Assembly: GCA_032718475.1 (NCBI GenBank)
Contig: JAUCBJ010003973.1
Span: forward strand, 29,077-93,076
Length of the DNA stretch: 64,000 nucleotides
Reading direction: 5' to 3'
Origin: Nemertoderma westbladi
Lineage: Eukaryota; Animalia; Xenacoelomorpha
Notes under the pieces: generated by a model
What the model was told of the DNA's origin: nothing
Database searches by the model: none
The model's input: the letters and a program-made list of their open reading frames with translations, nothing else
In this document: positions 14,217-27,893 of the stretch, in pieces
Layout: the number at the start of each line of letters is the position of its first letter
Numbering within the stretch: position 1 is the stretch's first letter
Made by a program: the position numbers and the translations under genes

Positions 14217-15489
14217 ATATTTTATACTTATCTGCATAGAATGATGCATTTAAATAGGACAATATAGATCTTATAATGACCGATCTGATTATAGATAACA
14301 AATAATTGTTTGATTTTGAATATTCACATCCTATGCATGCATATTGCTTATTGCATAGTTATGTTAGTGGTAAACTACTCATTAAGTAAGATATACTAAA
14401 TATTGTTAGAAAAAATTGTCAGTACAAAGTCACTTGCACTACAATTTCACTAGTTGTTGCAGAATTATCTTTAATTAATGTGGGGCGAGCGACGAAAGTA
14501 AGCGAGCTTAGCATACAGGTACCACTAACTCAATCGGTATGTCTGTTGTTCTGTCGATCTGTTGTTCTGTCGTTCTGTTGTTCTGTCGTGTCAAATTTTA
14601 AACGTTAATAACTCAGCCAAATGATTGATATTTAACCAAACTTGGTACACATGTAGTCTGGCCAAAGTTTAGAAATTTTCCAAGTTGAATTTTCGCGTGG
14701 TCTTCGAGAAGCTAAGATAATAGCAGTTAATTAGTTAATTAAGTTGATTAGTGTAAAAACATCAATTTCAACCTGCCTCCTTAAAGGATATTAATTATTT
14801 TCTAGTATAAGATTTAAATAATTATACTTAAAATTTATACAGCTGTAGCCCCCATACAACATTCCATTATAGTTTTTAATTTGTTCAAGTGATTTGCTTT
14901 AATAAATGTGTCTTTAATTGATCTAAACGTAATTAAAGCGGCACAATTATTGAGTACAAATTTAATCCTTCCCATTATTGGTCAACATAGTCTCTGCGGG
15001 GGGTGTAGAGCTGCTAGCTGGCACCAGGGCAGAGGGGAATTGTACTGTAATAGGCAGCCAGTAGTATTGATATAGCAACACAGACATAACTCCAACCACA
15101 CTGCGTGTATTTCAATTCCTATTGACTCTATACTATAAATGTTGTATTACTTACTATCTCAGGTGACAGAAGATATAATGACATAAATACTCATGGCTGT
15201 TGTAGGCTTATATCTGAAGTAGTTTATTCCGCAATATATTTGTCTGGTTATTTTTTAATTGAATTTTTGCAAAGTGGTAAAATTAATGTTCTTAAAAATA
15301 ATATTATTATTTTATATGTAACCTAGGAAATTAGCTACATATTTTCGCTGCAGCTTTAAGAGTGTACATTGATTTAATATTATTTTAATACCCATATTAC
15401 TATCGGCATACGATGCGTTGGCGTTGTATCACACATCTCCACATAGATGTATCAGCAGTTACTCGCACAGTTTCGAAACTTCGCATAGT

Positions 15490-15935
15490 TATAACTGTAT
15501 AAAGATCGTCAGTCTTGGTTTAGGAAAAATATTTTAATGCAAAACAGGACGAGCGATGAGCGCAACGAGGCATATAATGAAGACCAGTACTGCGTAGACT
15601 GTGTTCCTATATACCATACCTGGCTTCGCCTATGGAAGGCATCGATAGTTATAAAGATCGTCAGTCTGCGTTTAAGAAATATATTTAAATACAAAACAGG
15701 ACGAGCACAACGAGGCTTATAAAGAAAACGAGTACTGCGTTGACTATATTATTATATAAACCACCTGGCTTCACACATTGATCGCATCCCGAGTTATTAT
15801 TATTATAAAGATCGTCCTAGCCTGCGTTTAAGAAATATATTTAAATTCAAAACAGGACGAACGCAACGAGGCTTATAATGAAAACGAGTACTGCGTTTAT
15901 TATATTCCTATAAACCACCTGGCTTTGCATATTGA
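15490..15935. repeat. Three diverged tandem copies of an approximately 150-bp unit
   Basis: ataaagatcgtc...caaaacaggacga...caacgaggc...gtactgcgt...cctggctt recurs at about 15498, 15651 and 15805. Confidence 0.8.
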
Positions 15936-16179
15936 ACGTGCGATTGGAAATAAGTTCGTGCTACCCTTCCGTGGGCAGTAGATGTCGCGGTTATGTATTG
16001 GTGGGTGGGAAGGTTGGGGGGGGGGGGGGTGCAGATTAAAAGGGCTGAACACGTACTGTACCCCTTTCTTTAATTGATTGGTCGTGTGGGTAAATTTCTC
16101 AAATACTGATTTTGTGATACAGTCGCTCAGTTTTAATTTGTATCTCATAACTGGGCCTCGTGCTGCGCGAAGGCCCCAC

Positions 16180-17227
16180 GGCGTAAGTTGGCAAATTTTG
16201 GTGCTAGCACCAAATTTCGTACACATCACCAAAAAGTACAAGTTTGCGATGTCCAGTGCTATTTTTATTGATTCCATCGGATTCAGGACCCTCATAAACC
16301 CGTATAACGCAAGAAACAAGGTGATATTATCTACTGATCAGTTTGCATATTTTCCAAAATTTGGTGCTGGCACAACAATATTCACCCACCGGCGAAAAAT
16401 ACAAGTTTGAGAACTCTTATGAAATTTTTACTGATTCCATTGAATTCAGAACCATCACAAACCAGTATAACGCAAGAAACAAGGTGACACAATCAATTGA
16501 TATATTAGATGGTTTTCAAAATTTGGTGCTAGCACCACATTTTGCACCCACATCCGAAAAATACAAGTTTGAGATGTCTAGTTCGATAATTATATATTCC
16601 ATTGAATTCAGAACAGCCATAAACCTATAAAACGCAAGAAATAAATTGTCACAAGCAATTTTATCTATTGAATGGATTTTCAAAATTTCGTGCTCGCACC
16701 AAAATTTGCACACAGCACCAAAAAATACAAGTTTGATACGCTTGGTGCAACTCGTATATATTTCATCGAATCTAGAACCCCAAAAAACCGCAATTGCGTA
16801 AAAAACAAGTTTCAAACAATCAATTTACAAAATTGACTTATTTCAAAATTTGGTGCTGGCACCAAAATTTGGCACCCACCGAAAAAAACAAGTTTGAAAT
16901 TTCTAAATCAATTTATATTAATTCCATCAAATTTCTAACACCAAAAAACCGGTGTAAATCAAAAATAGAGATGTTACAATTCATATTTAATGAAATGTAA
17001 TTTTCAAAAAAAGTCTCAAAAAAAGTGCCAAAAGTAGGGTTAAAAATGGTGCTATAACTCGAAAAGTACCCAATATTTTTGTAAACGGTTTTCACTACTA
17101 GGAAGACAATCGATTTTTAGGAAAAGTCATAAAATTTCATATTCCCAACTGCGTTTGTTTCAGAATTATAATAAAAAAACCACGGGGGGGTCATATTGAC
17201 CCCCCCCCCCGGGTTTAATAGGTTTAA
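16180..17227. mobile_element. Fragment of a TTAA-type (piggyBac-like) non-autonomous element with an internal array of about 165-bp repeats
   Basis: Repeating tttggtgct(a/g)gcac...aaatacaagtttga...ttccat unit; ends gacccccccccccgggtttaataggtTTAA, and the TTAA runs directly into gag codons (TTA AAG ACC CTA GAT = LKTLD). Other end not found. Confidence 0.45.
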
Positions 17228-19403
17228 AGACCCTAGATGCACCTTACGAACTCAATGCATCAAACAACATCACTGCAATAGCGCAGGCACTACCGATCTG
17301 GCTGAGGAACAAGTGGAGAAAGATCGCCTTCTCCACCCGGGAGAAGAAAGGTGCGGAGCCAGGGCTAGAGGAGATGTCGAACTTCCTTAATTATGAAGCA
17401 TAATTGATTACAGACCCAGTCTACAGCGAGGACAGTTTGGGTAGGGTACCGAAGGCAGAATGCAGCCGATCTAAACCAGAACATGGTTCGGCGGATGCGT
17501 TTCCGTGAGTGGGACAGTCGCTACCGCATGCAGGTACGCAGGGGACTTGTAGTCCACAAGCAGCTGGGAGTAGGGCCACACCGTGGCAGGGACAGAAACA
17601 AAATAACAATACAAACAAATACAATCCCAATAACCCCAGTAGGCCGAGTCCAAACAACCAAAACACTAAACCGCTAGATATGAATCTATGCGCGATACGT
17701 GAAGCACTATACAAGGAAGGCTACAATCCAAAATACAAATGCCAATTACATAAAAACGCATTCCACAAGACCATGAACTGCAAGCATTGGCAGGCGTTGC
17801 TTAAACAAGATCGGGTAGCCTATGCTGGCATAAATGGACTATGTCATCGATGCGTGGTAGGAGGACACGGATTCGAAGAGTGTAAAGAAACACCAATAAA
17901 ACACGGCAAGATAGATGGAAGTAGAGGCCAAACAATGGCTACAAGCACCATGGGAGCGAAGAGAAGGGGAATGATACTACTCGGGATGGTACCGGTTAGG
18001 ATAATAGGAGAGAGTGGGCGGTCGGTCACGACGTTAATGTTGGTCGACAGCAGAGCAGCGTTCACGCTAGCGGAAAGTTGTGTGGCCGAAAAGATAGGGT
18101 TGCAGACGAGGCCAAGCAAGACGGCAGTAACTACTATCTCGAGTAAGGATGAGGTCTTGAGGATGAGAACGGGACTTTGCGAAATATCAGCGATAGCACC
18201 AGGGTGCGATTATGGGGCGACCATCCGAATAATAGAATCGATTAATATTAACGTCAGACGACCCACGAAGATCAAGGTCGAGCAATATACCTGGACTATA
18301 TAAAAAAGTACCTGGACAATATCGATTTATCCATGCCCGAGCTGGATGTCCCGAAAGTATCTCTCATAGTCGGCATGGACTGCCCGACAGCCCACATGAG
18401 ACTTCAGACCATATTCGGGAATGACAGGGAGCGAGACCCGATGGCCATTCTCACGCCATTTGGATGGACGCTCACTGGCCCAATTAAGACGAGGACACCG
18501 TTTGATGTGTCCGAGACATCAGGGTGCATGCTGTCCGGTGCTGTTGAGGACATAGAGGAGAAACCAAAGACGGGCTTTGGGGAGGTCCCATATGGGAAGC
18601 GGCCCGAGGGAGGACACCAGGAGTCGGGGATGGGTATGGATCTGGATCCACGTATTGAAAGGGTGGAGGATCAGTCCAGAGATATACCGCCGATAGATAA
18701 GTCAGGAGGAGAAGCAACAGCAAGAGAGTGGGTGGAGGAGAATGGGTTCGGCGCAAAGGACCTAGAGGCAATGGGATGGAACATAGATGTTCCAGGTGAG
18801 TATCGGTATGAGGGTGGAGAAGAGTGGATGGCGAGAGATCTGGAGAGATGTCCGGAACAGACGCCGGTCCAATTGAGAAGCATACCGATGGGGAGGAGGT
18901 CGAGTAGGAGGACAGGGTGGAAGGGGAGAAGATGTGGGAAGATTAGACCAAGGGCGGAGAAGCCGATAATGAAGAGTGACAAGGGAGGCAGGAAAGTTGC
19001 AGGAGGCGTGTTGTACACGCACATGGGGCTGGCAGAGTGCGAAGGGGCATTAAATGGTAAGCTGTTATGCGTACCGAGGGATGACCGGGGGTCATCGGGT
19101 GCTTTAATTTCGGTGTACATATTGAGGGGGAGGCCAGCAGAGGTGGCATGTACCAGTGAGGATGGCATGAGGGGCGCCATTCTACCGCCAAGTGATGACA
19201 AGATGGTGGGTGGCATTTTGCTGCTAGGGGACCACGAGGAGATCAGTGAGATGACGGAAAGACCAGATTTAAGGGTGGAGGAGAAGGGAAGGTCTATTCC
19301 AGGTGAGTCGGAATTGACAGGGAGAATGGGGCGAGGAATAAGAGGACCTACAGGGGGGCAGTGGGAGAGTTGCCTGCTGGAAGAATCGCCCTTAGGTTGT
19401 TGA
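17224..19403 (+). pseudogene. Disrupted gag-protease of copy A
   Basis: Fragments with CHRCVVGGHGFEEC knuckle, TLMLVDSRA protease motif and LTPFGWTLTGP match ORF 32555-36040; several stops and frameshifts. Confidence 0.85.
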
Positions 19404-19689
19404 GTCGTCCAATATATTGGACTGAAGGGGGTGGGAATGAGGGCGAGACGCCCTTCCCACACATAAAAATAAAAAATAAAAAAAAATAATAGATATTATG
19501 AAGATGGTAGATAGAGATAGAGATAGTGGATAGATAGAGGGTAGATAGGATAGATGGTAGATTGTAGATAGAGATAGTGGATAGATAGATGGTAGATAGA
19601 TGATAGATAGATGATAGATAGTAGATATTAGTAGGTAGTTAGAATTATGCACGTCGGAAGGGTACAATAATGTACCAACGTACCTAGTT

Positions 19690-20060
19690 TGAGTACCGTA
19701 GAACCTGTGGGCACTGAGGGAGCCATGTGACAAATTGGGAGGTATGTACGCTTACCGGTGTAGTAGGGTATATAGTACCGTAGAACCTGTGGGCACTGAG
19801 GGAGCCATGTGACAAATTGGGAGGTATGTACGCATACCGGAGTAGTAGGGTATATAGTACCGTAGAACCTGTGGGCACTGAGGGCGCCACGTAAGGAATT
19901 GGGAGGTATGTACGCATACCGGAGTAGTAGGGTACATAGTACCGTAGAATTTGTGGCACTGAGGGCGCCACGCGAGGAATTCGGGGGTATGTACGCATAC
20001 CGGAGTAGTAGGGTACATAGTACCGTAGAACTTGTGGGCACTGAGGTCGCCACGTGAGGA
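19690..20060. repeat. About 78-bp tandem array (4-5 units), preceded by a (gata)n-like tract at 19490-19630
   Basis: gtaccgtagaacctgtgggcactgaggg...ggtatgtacgc..accgg.gtagtagggta recurs at 78-bp spacing. Confidence 0.9.
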
Positions 20061-21027
20061 ACTGAGAAGGCAGATAAGATAATAGCACAGGTAGGGGGGA
20101 ACATAAATAAAATAAAATAAAATTAGAGGAAATAGGCACTTTGAGGGGTATATTTGCAAAATATACCAAGAAAGTATAACCTAGGACATAGGCCATTACT
20201 GAACGAAACTTGTATCATCTTGTTTAACGCCACTCACTTAAATTAAGCCTTTGTAAGGCCCACCAATTGGGTGAGCGCGGGAAAGTTCGTGATGGCGGAG
20301 AGGTTAGTAAAGAAGAGAAAGGCGGAGAGAGCATGAAACGGGCGAGACCGGGAGTGATGAGTCATATCACCTCCGAGAGGGGGGGTTAAGACGCGTCATG
20401 TAGACGAACGTATAATACTGTATAATGTATATAATATATAATTATAATAATTAATTATTATATATAACTCGTATGTATATTATACAATATATACCGTAGT
20501 CAAGTACAACCTTTTTCCAATTAGCTACTGGGACTGGGGACTAATTGACTAGAACAGCAGCACAAGACTTAGACGGATCCCACTAACATGGTGCACACAT
20601 GTGTGGGACCCAATAAGTGTGTGGAGAGTGAAAACGAAAATGGGGGAATGGGGGAAGTATGGGGAGGAGGTGTTGGCATGTGAGGAAGTGAAAGGAGTGC
20701 GATTCAAGTGTGGGGAGCGAGCATGGAGGAGGATGAGTCCCAAGGGACTGGTGAGAGAGGAAGGGACAGCAAGGTCCGTGAGGAAAATTTGAGGAAGGTT
20801 AGAAAAAATTGTGTGGAGAGTGAGGACAATGATCTCAAACAGAAACACCAGATACCTTGGTGCAACATAGCTCGCGATTGCACCAAGGATGGGTAGTAAC
20901 AACAGACCCAAGGGTCTGGTCTGGAAAGCCGACCCCGAGAAGAAAACAGCGGATTGGATTCCAGTGGAATTGAAGCGCACTTAAGGTTGATGCTATCCTC
21001 TCACCAGGAAGATAGCATGGGGGGGAG

Positions 21028-21687
21028 TGTAAGCAGATTCAATTCCCTACATTACCCACCAAAAATGGGACCAGTGGCATTTTACCAATATAGTTGGCGA
21101 TGCGACATTACCAATATATAATCTCGCCTCATAACCAACTTGGGGGGGGGGGGGGCGACACACGCCCTAAGCCACAGAGAGAGGTGAGAGGTCAAACTAC
21201 CTCATAGGGACAACCCAGCTAGCGAGGCTATCACCTGGGAATAACACCTACAGGGAGTGGCGAAGTGACAATTAGTATATAAGCCAATAGCGGGCAGGGA
21301 AGCATGTGGGGAAGGGCAGGAGGGCATCCATTGGGTACCAAAGGCCACAGTAGCGTAGAGGTGAAACCAATATGTATCAACCATATAGTTACTCTAATTA
21401 ATGATTTACCGGTCAGTTGATTATCACACAGTTGCGAACCGGCATAGTTTTTACCATCATTTCATATCCGCTGCTGTCGTCATTTATGCTATACTGATTA
21501 TTGTTACTACAGTACTATACCTGCATACATCTGACTGTGCTGTTATTTCTGAGATCTTTAATACGGAGAAACAAACTCTATTATTTTCCCCTACGGCCTT
21601 CGGCCAAAGATACTAGACCAGCAGCCCAGCAGCCAAGTGACGCGTACAACCTTACCCGGTCGGGATCTGAGAGTCGATCCCGTCACA
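21028..21687 (+). repeat. 3' LTR of copy A (660 bp)
   Basis: Begins TGTAAG right after the PPT; ends gatcccgtcACA like the LTRs at 30140 and 41207; tatataa at about 21276. Confidence 0.8.
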
Positions 21688-22206
21688 GATATTGTTGGTT
21701 ATCAATATTTATTGGATTCACATACTAATGCCCAATGTACTTCTACCAACTGACCTGACTCCCCACCATTAATTTTGGTCCAATTATAATGGCACTGGAA
21801 CTGCCAGAGCCTGTGCCGAATTACATTGGATGGTGTAAGTTATGTATTTGTTCGATGTTGCTACTCACTACTCAACTCAGGGCTGGAAAGCTTGTTAGCA
21901 GACCTCATCTATTTATATAGATTTTGATTAGTGCTTTAATTTATACACTATACTCTAGGGCTAGGCCTATCAGATTGCAGCTCAATAATAATTACTAAAA
22001 ATACACAAAAGCTCCAGGTTCTCTCATTGGATACCATGGCGGGTTGTTCGTTTGTTAAGCCATTGTCTGTACCAGCTTGCTGCTAATAGGCTAGGCGCTG
22101 ATGGTTGCTTGCGCTGGTATCCATATCTAAATGTTATTTTTTGTAACTTCAACCTTAAGTTTTGGACATATTTATGCCTACAAATTCTCACTCGACAGCT
22201 TTAAAA

Positions 22207-22474
22207 AAGTAAGTAAAGTAAATTTTCCTCGGCCGCTAAGGCCAGGGATTACGCACAAAGTCTGACGACTTATTTCCAGTGCGGTCCCCCCAGAACTTTA
22301 CTCCCCAGAGGAAACTCCAGTACTCATTTAGCTACCACTTAAGGATGCAAGGCAGAGATGCGCCCTGGCTGGTCGCTTTAAACCATTCGTGCCGAAACGA
22401 AAACTGCCCTGGCCCATGTGAGGGTCGAACCCACGACCTACGGGAGATGTGAATTCAATGCAACCACTACACCA
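22207..22474 (-). mobile_element. tRNA-derived SINE
   Basis: Minus strand has A box TGGTGTAGTGG, B box GGTTCGACCC, a body of about 200 bp and a (tttac/ttac)n tail. Confidence 0.65.
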
Positions 22475-23102
22475 AGGTGGAACCTTATTATTGATCTTCG
22501 ATCTGTCGAGCTTTAATTAAATCCGACAAATTTATTGGCATATGTCAAAATCGTAACGAAAGAAAATTGCTATTATTGACCCACTCACTTTTTGTAACAG
22601 AGTGTTAGTTCGCCAAGGCTCCGCCAACTTCGTGGCTCGCCCCACTCACTCTTCAACAATATTGATTTTACTTTAAGCACTAAATTAACTTTCACTTTGT
22701 TATATGTCCCCCAAACCCAGTTATGGGTTTGCCCCCAGATTTGGCCTCTGCCCCCCCCCCCCCCCCCCCCCAGATATCAAGGTCACTACCATACGGGCCT
22801 GAGTACCAGAGTACTGCAGTACTGAAATATAAGTGCACTGGCTGGCACTTTGAATTTTCGACTGAAACATTGGCCATCTTTGAATATACCACAATTTTAT
22901 AAACCTTGCCAATGAAATCAGCACATTATAAAACCTCAGTAGCCAAACTATACGGCCAAATTACCACTTTTGGCTATTTGAAAATTTCGAGCTACTTGTA
23001 ATTTTGGTGCTCTTTTAGTGTCTATTATAAAATAAACAATTAAGATTTTATTCTAATTTCGCTTTCGATTACTAAGAATTAATTCGACTAACCAAAAAAG
23101 CA

Positions 23103-25400
23103 TGTAAGGGTCCAGTAGTATACCGCTTACCAGATCCTAGTAACGATGTATCTTACTATGAGACTCTAGTAATGTATACGGGCTTGTACAGTATCTGACA
23201 ACAAATCCCAGTCCAGGATATCTAAACAAACAGATACAATACACAAACGACTACTGGCGAGGAACAGAGCCTTGTATCTATTCTATGTACGTGAGCGGGT
23301 CTAATGCCTACGTACTAGACAGAAGGATACCTGTCCTCTAACCGGTGAGGCAGATGTACAGTTACAGTAACAGACCAAACTCACGGGAAAACAATCCCCG
23401 CGCAGCGAATCCTAACTATCACTGACAGTCCTAAATACAGTAACTTGCCGCGGTGTGATTTATATGGTTTATATACGAGCTAGTGGGTTAACAGACCTAG
23501 CGTAACAACACTGACAGTCCTAAATCAGTCGAAAAGGGGTCGTACCTAAATGTAACAATAACTGATCCCCCTGTACGAAATCAGTCTAAAGGGTCAAGCC
23601 TAAATGTAACAATACCGTTGTCCAGACAAACAACAGTTTAATAACGAAAATGAAATACTCCTTATTTTGCCGCAACTAAATCAGATCCTAATTTTACAAA
23701 TACAGATAATTTCCACCTAAAGTAATGTATAGTACGCTATAGCTAGTAGAACTTTAAGGGCAATATGTTTTAGGGCGTGTGTGTGTGGGTGTGTTACAAA
23801 TAAAACAATTTCGTGTAATTCCTTTTACTAGGTTTTAGTGATTTTCTGACTAAATGATACCGTGCGCTAGCTACTAAAATAAACTAGTCGCGTTTTGTAG
23901 AACTTTATACTCACGAATGACGTCAAAGCTCTCTCCTTCCTATCCACAACCCAATGGGCAACCACAGTGTTAGTAACTACACCCGTGATCGGCACTAATA
24001 CCAGATTCTGGTTGTAAGATAAGAATAGGGGTTAATCGCTACCGTACGTTAGCTGATCTGGTATACTAATTTAATTCTAGAACTTTGTTGCTGCGGTAGT
24101 TAGCAGCAATACCTATCAGTACGTGGCAAGGCGCGGTAGGATATTAATAAACCTCCCTAGGCCAAGCAGTGTGCCGGTAGCAGAAATGCTCCTTGCCTGA
24201 TCAAATAGCTAACTCCAGACAGGGGGGGGGGGGGGGGGGGGTACTAATGTACGTTCTACAAAGCGAACCGGTACCAAACAGTCAGTGCTACGACTCACTA
24301 AATTATGGAACATATGCTGTCCGTACCTAATATGTACTCGCGTACTGACGAATGGCAATAGTTCGCACCTGTAGGAAGTACAGGTTAACCCAGGGGTTCG
24401 TAGGACTTGACAAAGGGGGGGGGGGGGGTGTCTGGATATAATTATTTGATCCTAAATTTGCGGCGTCCAGTACGGCGTCACGCTTACCCTGATCTATAGG
24501 TCTTACGGCGGGCAAGGGCGTCGAACAAAGTCTTACCTTCTCACAAAGCGGGCGCTGCATAGCAAGTGGAGTATTTCGAAGGGGCAAAGGGGGTGCGCGG
24601 TCAATCCAATGTGGGCGCTAGCGTGTTGTGGACATCTCTTCCCTGCGTTGCTTACGGCCTAACGGTCTAGGCTGCCATCTCCCTGATGTTCGGCTGTCCC
24701 GAAGTTGGACCAAAAGAAAACATGTCAGGAATTTGCAGTATATTTACAGTTTTACAAAAGGGTTTATCAAATAAAGTTTCAACAAGAAACCGAATTAACT
24801 AAATTTACAAGAATAAACGATCTAAGAAGGGGGTAAGGTATGTATGACGTGATAAGAGAGAAGATAATAACGTGATAACCGAAGGCAAACCGGCCTTTTA
24901 TACTAGAAATTGCACATGGAAACTAAACAGAATTTTCCACAGCTTCACCATTGAGCAATGAAGTGCTTCGTGCTCTATGATTGGCCCAGCTCATAGTTCA
25001 ACGCAGTCCGGCCCTTACACTAATCTGGGACATGGAATCCTAACAGAATTTTCCACTGCCTCACATTTGAGCAATAAGATAATTTATGCCCTATGATTGG
25101 CCTGGCTCATCATTCGCTACGCTGTACGCTTCTCATTGGCCTACCAATTAGCACCACACGAAAATAAATGGCCCCAAAATACAAATTTCCCGACTGGGAT
25201 TCGAACACGTAACCTATGTAATGTAACCAACGCCTTAACCATCTGACCACTACGCCACGAGAGTACCTAAGGGTTTTATGTGTACAAATATGAATAGGCA
25301 TATTACATTACTGTAACTCAATCAAAATACGTCGGATTTTCGAAAGTTTTTACGTTAAAGTTAAACTACAAATGCTACCTTATAGTGAAATAATTCATCA
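23103..25400 (-). repeat. 3' LTR of the BEL/Pao element (2298 bp)
   Basis: Direct repeat of 51936-54228; by eye only about five substitutions and two G-run length differences. Confidence 0.97.
25176..25258 (-). ncRNA. tRNA(Ser/Leu)-like Pol III cassette within the LTR (second copy 54004-54086)
   Basis: GTAGTGGTCAGATGGTTAAGGCGTTGG (A box / D-arm-like), GTTCGAATCCC (B box), then TTTT; acceptor stem does not form, so not a canonical tRNA. Confidence 0.55.
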
Positions 25401-26252
25401 CCGCTCCATGAAAACAGTAAGTAAGGCTGTTTTCACCAATCGAAATATAAAATATCTACAAACTATTTCTAAATTTACTGGTAGGGCCTAAAATATAAAA
25501 TATAATCACTATCTAATTATTGCATACTTAATATTGCAGATATGGCGTAAATACAATCGATCGTACATACAAATACAAATTTACTAATCAACTTTAGTGC
25601 CTAAAATACAAAAAAAAGGCTTTCGGTTATCAAGGTAAGCAAATTAAACAAATCAGAACAAATAAATCAAACAAATCAAACAAATAAATCAAACAAATCA
25701 AACAAATAAATCAAACAAATCAAACAAATAAATCAAACTCTTTTGATAAATCTTTATATATTGTAAATATACATAATAAACCTTCACCAAATTAAATCAA
25801 TCCAAATATAATATAAACACAATGCGCTAATAACTTCCAATAGTGTCTTAAAAGGTCCTCCTGACGAGCTTAAAAGTTCGTCCTGCTGGTCTGGATATCT
25901 TCTCCTGAGCACTAATTGCTAACGGTAGGCTCGCAAGCCTTCCTTTCCATATCTCGCTCCTCCAAACCCAACATTCAAACATAATGTCCAATATAAATAT
26001 CCAAATAAAATATCCAAATAAAATATCCAAATATAATATCCAAATATAATATCCAAATCGGTAGGCTCGCAAGCCTTCCTTCCACTCGCTTCCTATTCCT
26101 TCGCTGAGCGGGCTCGTCCACGTCCTCTAGTGCGATTGGGGGGTGGTCGAGGTCGAACTGGGCTCGGCCTTCGGCGTCGAGTCGTCGGTGGTTCCAAAAC
26201 GCTAGGAAAGGGGACGACGGGAGTTTCGCACATCCGTCGTGCGCTCAATCCT

Positions 26253-27893
26253 CTAAATCCTCGTCCGATTCCAACTGTCGACAACGCTAGGAGGAAGTCG
26301 AAAAGGTAGGACCGTTCCGTCCGTTGACACCTCGCTCTCTGACGTCGTTTGAATCCTAATGGGTTCAGTCAAAGCGTATCCTGTCCCTCCGCGTGGTTCT
26401 CTAGCAAGGGAAACCGTGCCCCGAGTCATCCGGATTTGCGACTTCGATGTCGTCCTCTCGGCGACATTCACTATCTTCTTAATCTCTTGTCCGGCCTTCT
26501 GGGCTTTGAGTATACGAAATTGCTGATCATCCTGTGGGTGACGCGTCTTCTCCGCTAACGGCGTGGCCTTGAAGCCAGTCTCACGCAAAACGTCGGTCTC
26601 GTCCAGAATGCACGAGGTTACGCGTTTGTGATAAAATGCGCTCCGGTATGCCCAAGCTATCGAATGCCAGGCTCCTCGATTCCGCTGTTCAACTCGCAGT
26701 TTATCGAATTCTCCGGCGGTAATCTTGTTCACCACAGTTTGAAAGTTCCAAGTATTCTTGTTGTCCGGGTGCACTTGTAAGAAATAGTCCCGCACAACTT
26801 TGAATCCACTGTCCAATGGCAATATATCCAATACCTCCAACAATTCATCGTACTGAGGCATAGCCGATACATATCCTTCCTTTGACATTATGAGAGGGTT
26901 TACGGCCCAAAATCCCAAATGTGCTCTCATAGGGAAGCGGCGTCGCTGCGTCGATACATGCTCGTCTGCTAGATCCTCCCAATGGTCGAATAATTGTCGA
27001 ACGATTTTAACTGACATGTGCTCATAGGGGACGTCTCTAAGTTGACATTCAGATGCCCTATGGCCCTTAATATTACAATAAGTACACTGCGCCACGAAAC
27101 GCCAGCAAGTGTAGAAAGTGTGCGAACGTTGATCCCCGCACCAGTTGCATACTAAATCCGGTAGAGATATGTGCTTCGCTCCGCACTTCTTTGCGTGATG
27201 GCCAGTTGCTCCACATCTGCCACAAATAGTGTTGGCAGGATACCAAACTCGCTCATAGATGAGGTCTCCGATGGGGCGAGCGCTACCGTCCACGTGATAA
27301 TTCTCATCATCCGGGTCAGTCGGTATGTTCGTCTCCGTAGGTTGTACACAAACCATGGCATCGCTTTTCTCTAACTCGCGTATCTCAGTTTGCGTCTTCC
27401 TTGGAAGGTTCTCTTCTATTTCTATGAGTTGCCGTAACGGTTCGTCTATTAGCGCCAACTCGGTCGGATCCACATCGTCATGATGGGCGGTAGGCTCGCG
27501 AGCCTTCCAGGATCCTTCCGGGCGTTCGAATTCCGCGTGGCGTTCCCCGTCATAGGGTACTAACGTTAACATCGACGGTCTGTCGACTAGACTTCCCGCG
27601 TGAGTGAGATAGACGTCCCTGAAAACGCTAAGTCCTGCTCGCGTGAAAACTTCGCAGTGCGCATCGGTGTTATAAAAGGGTTGGAGAAATCGTCGGAATA
27701 CATCAGTATGCGTCCTTCCTCCATCGTAAAAGGTATGTCCTTCGCCAAGACATAACGGGTGTCGCTTTAAGGTTCTGGATACTACGTCCGCGATGAAACA
27801 AACGTTAACCGAAGATTCTATCGCTAAATAGTATTGCAAGATTATCCGCGGAGGTGAAGTAATCGCCCAATACACGCAACCTCGCCACTTCAA
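26253..27893 (-). pseudogene. ORF3 C-terminal part: ExoIII-like motif and three CCHC zinc knuckles, frameshifted from the middle part
   Basis: YYLAIE; CGRCGATGHHAKKC, CNWCGDQRSHTFYTC, CTYCNIKGHRASEC; then FDHWEDLADEHVSTQRR...LGFW, matching FEEWADVGAMTRQR...WGFF in ORF 37413-39956. Confidence 0.75.

Larger units (their letters stand above)
17224..21687 (+). mobile_element. 5'-truncated, decayed copy (A) of the RT-less BEL-derived LTR family
   Basis: Colinear with 33925-41207: gag C-terminus, protease, integrase-tail remnant, tandem array, ORF3 start only, PPT gggggggag and 3' LTR. Confidence 0.9.
14481..22644 (+). mobile_element. Probable Helentron/DINE-1-like non-autonomous element, interrupted by later insertions
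   Basis: Short inverted repeats tggggcgagcgacgaaag (14481) / cttcgtggctcgcccca (22628-22644); tctgt microsatellite followed by aataactc...aaacttggtacac block; related 5' pieces at about 6175 and 7482. Confidence 0.5.

Noticed and set aside
19690-20060. Regularly spaced repeats (also 57830-58450, 16180-16950) as a CRISPR array
   Set aside because: Whole units repeat with no unique spacers, there are no cas genes, and the context is eukaryotic TE.
24340-24390. CTGACGA in the LTR as a hammerhead core
   Set aside because: No stem II followed by GAAA, and it is antisense to the element.
25176-25258. Functional tRNA gene
   Set aside because: No acceptor stem and a poor T stem; reported only as tRNA-like.
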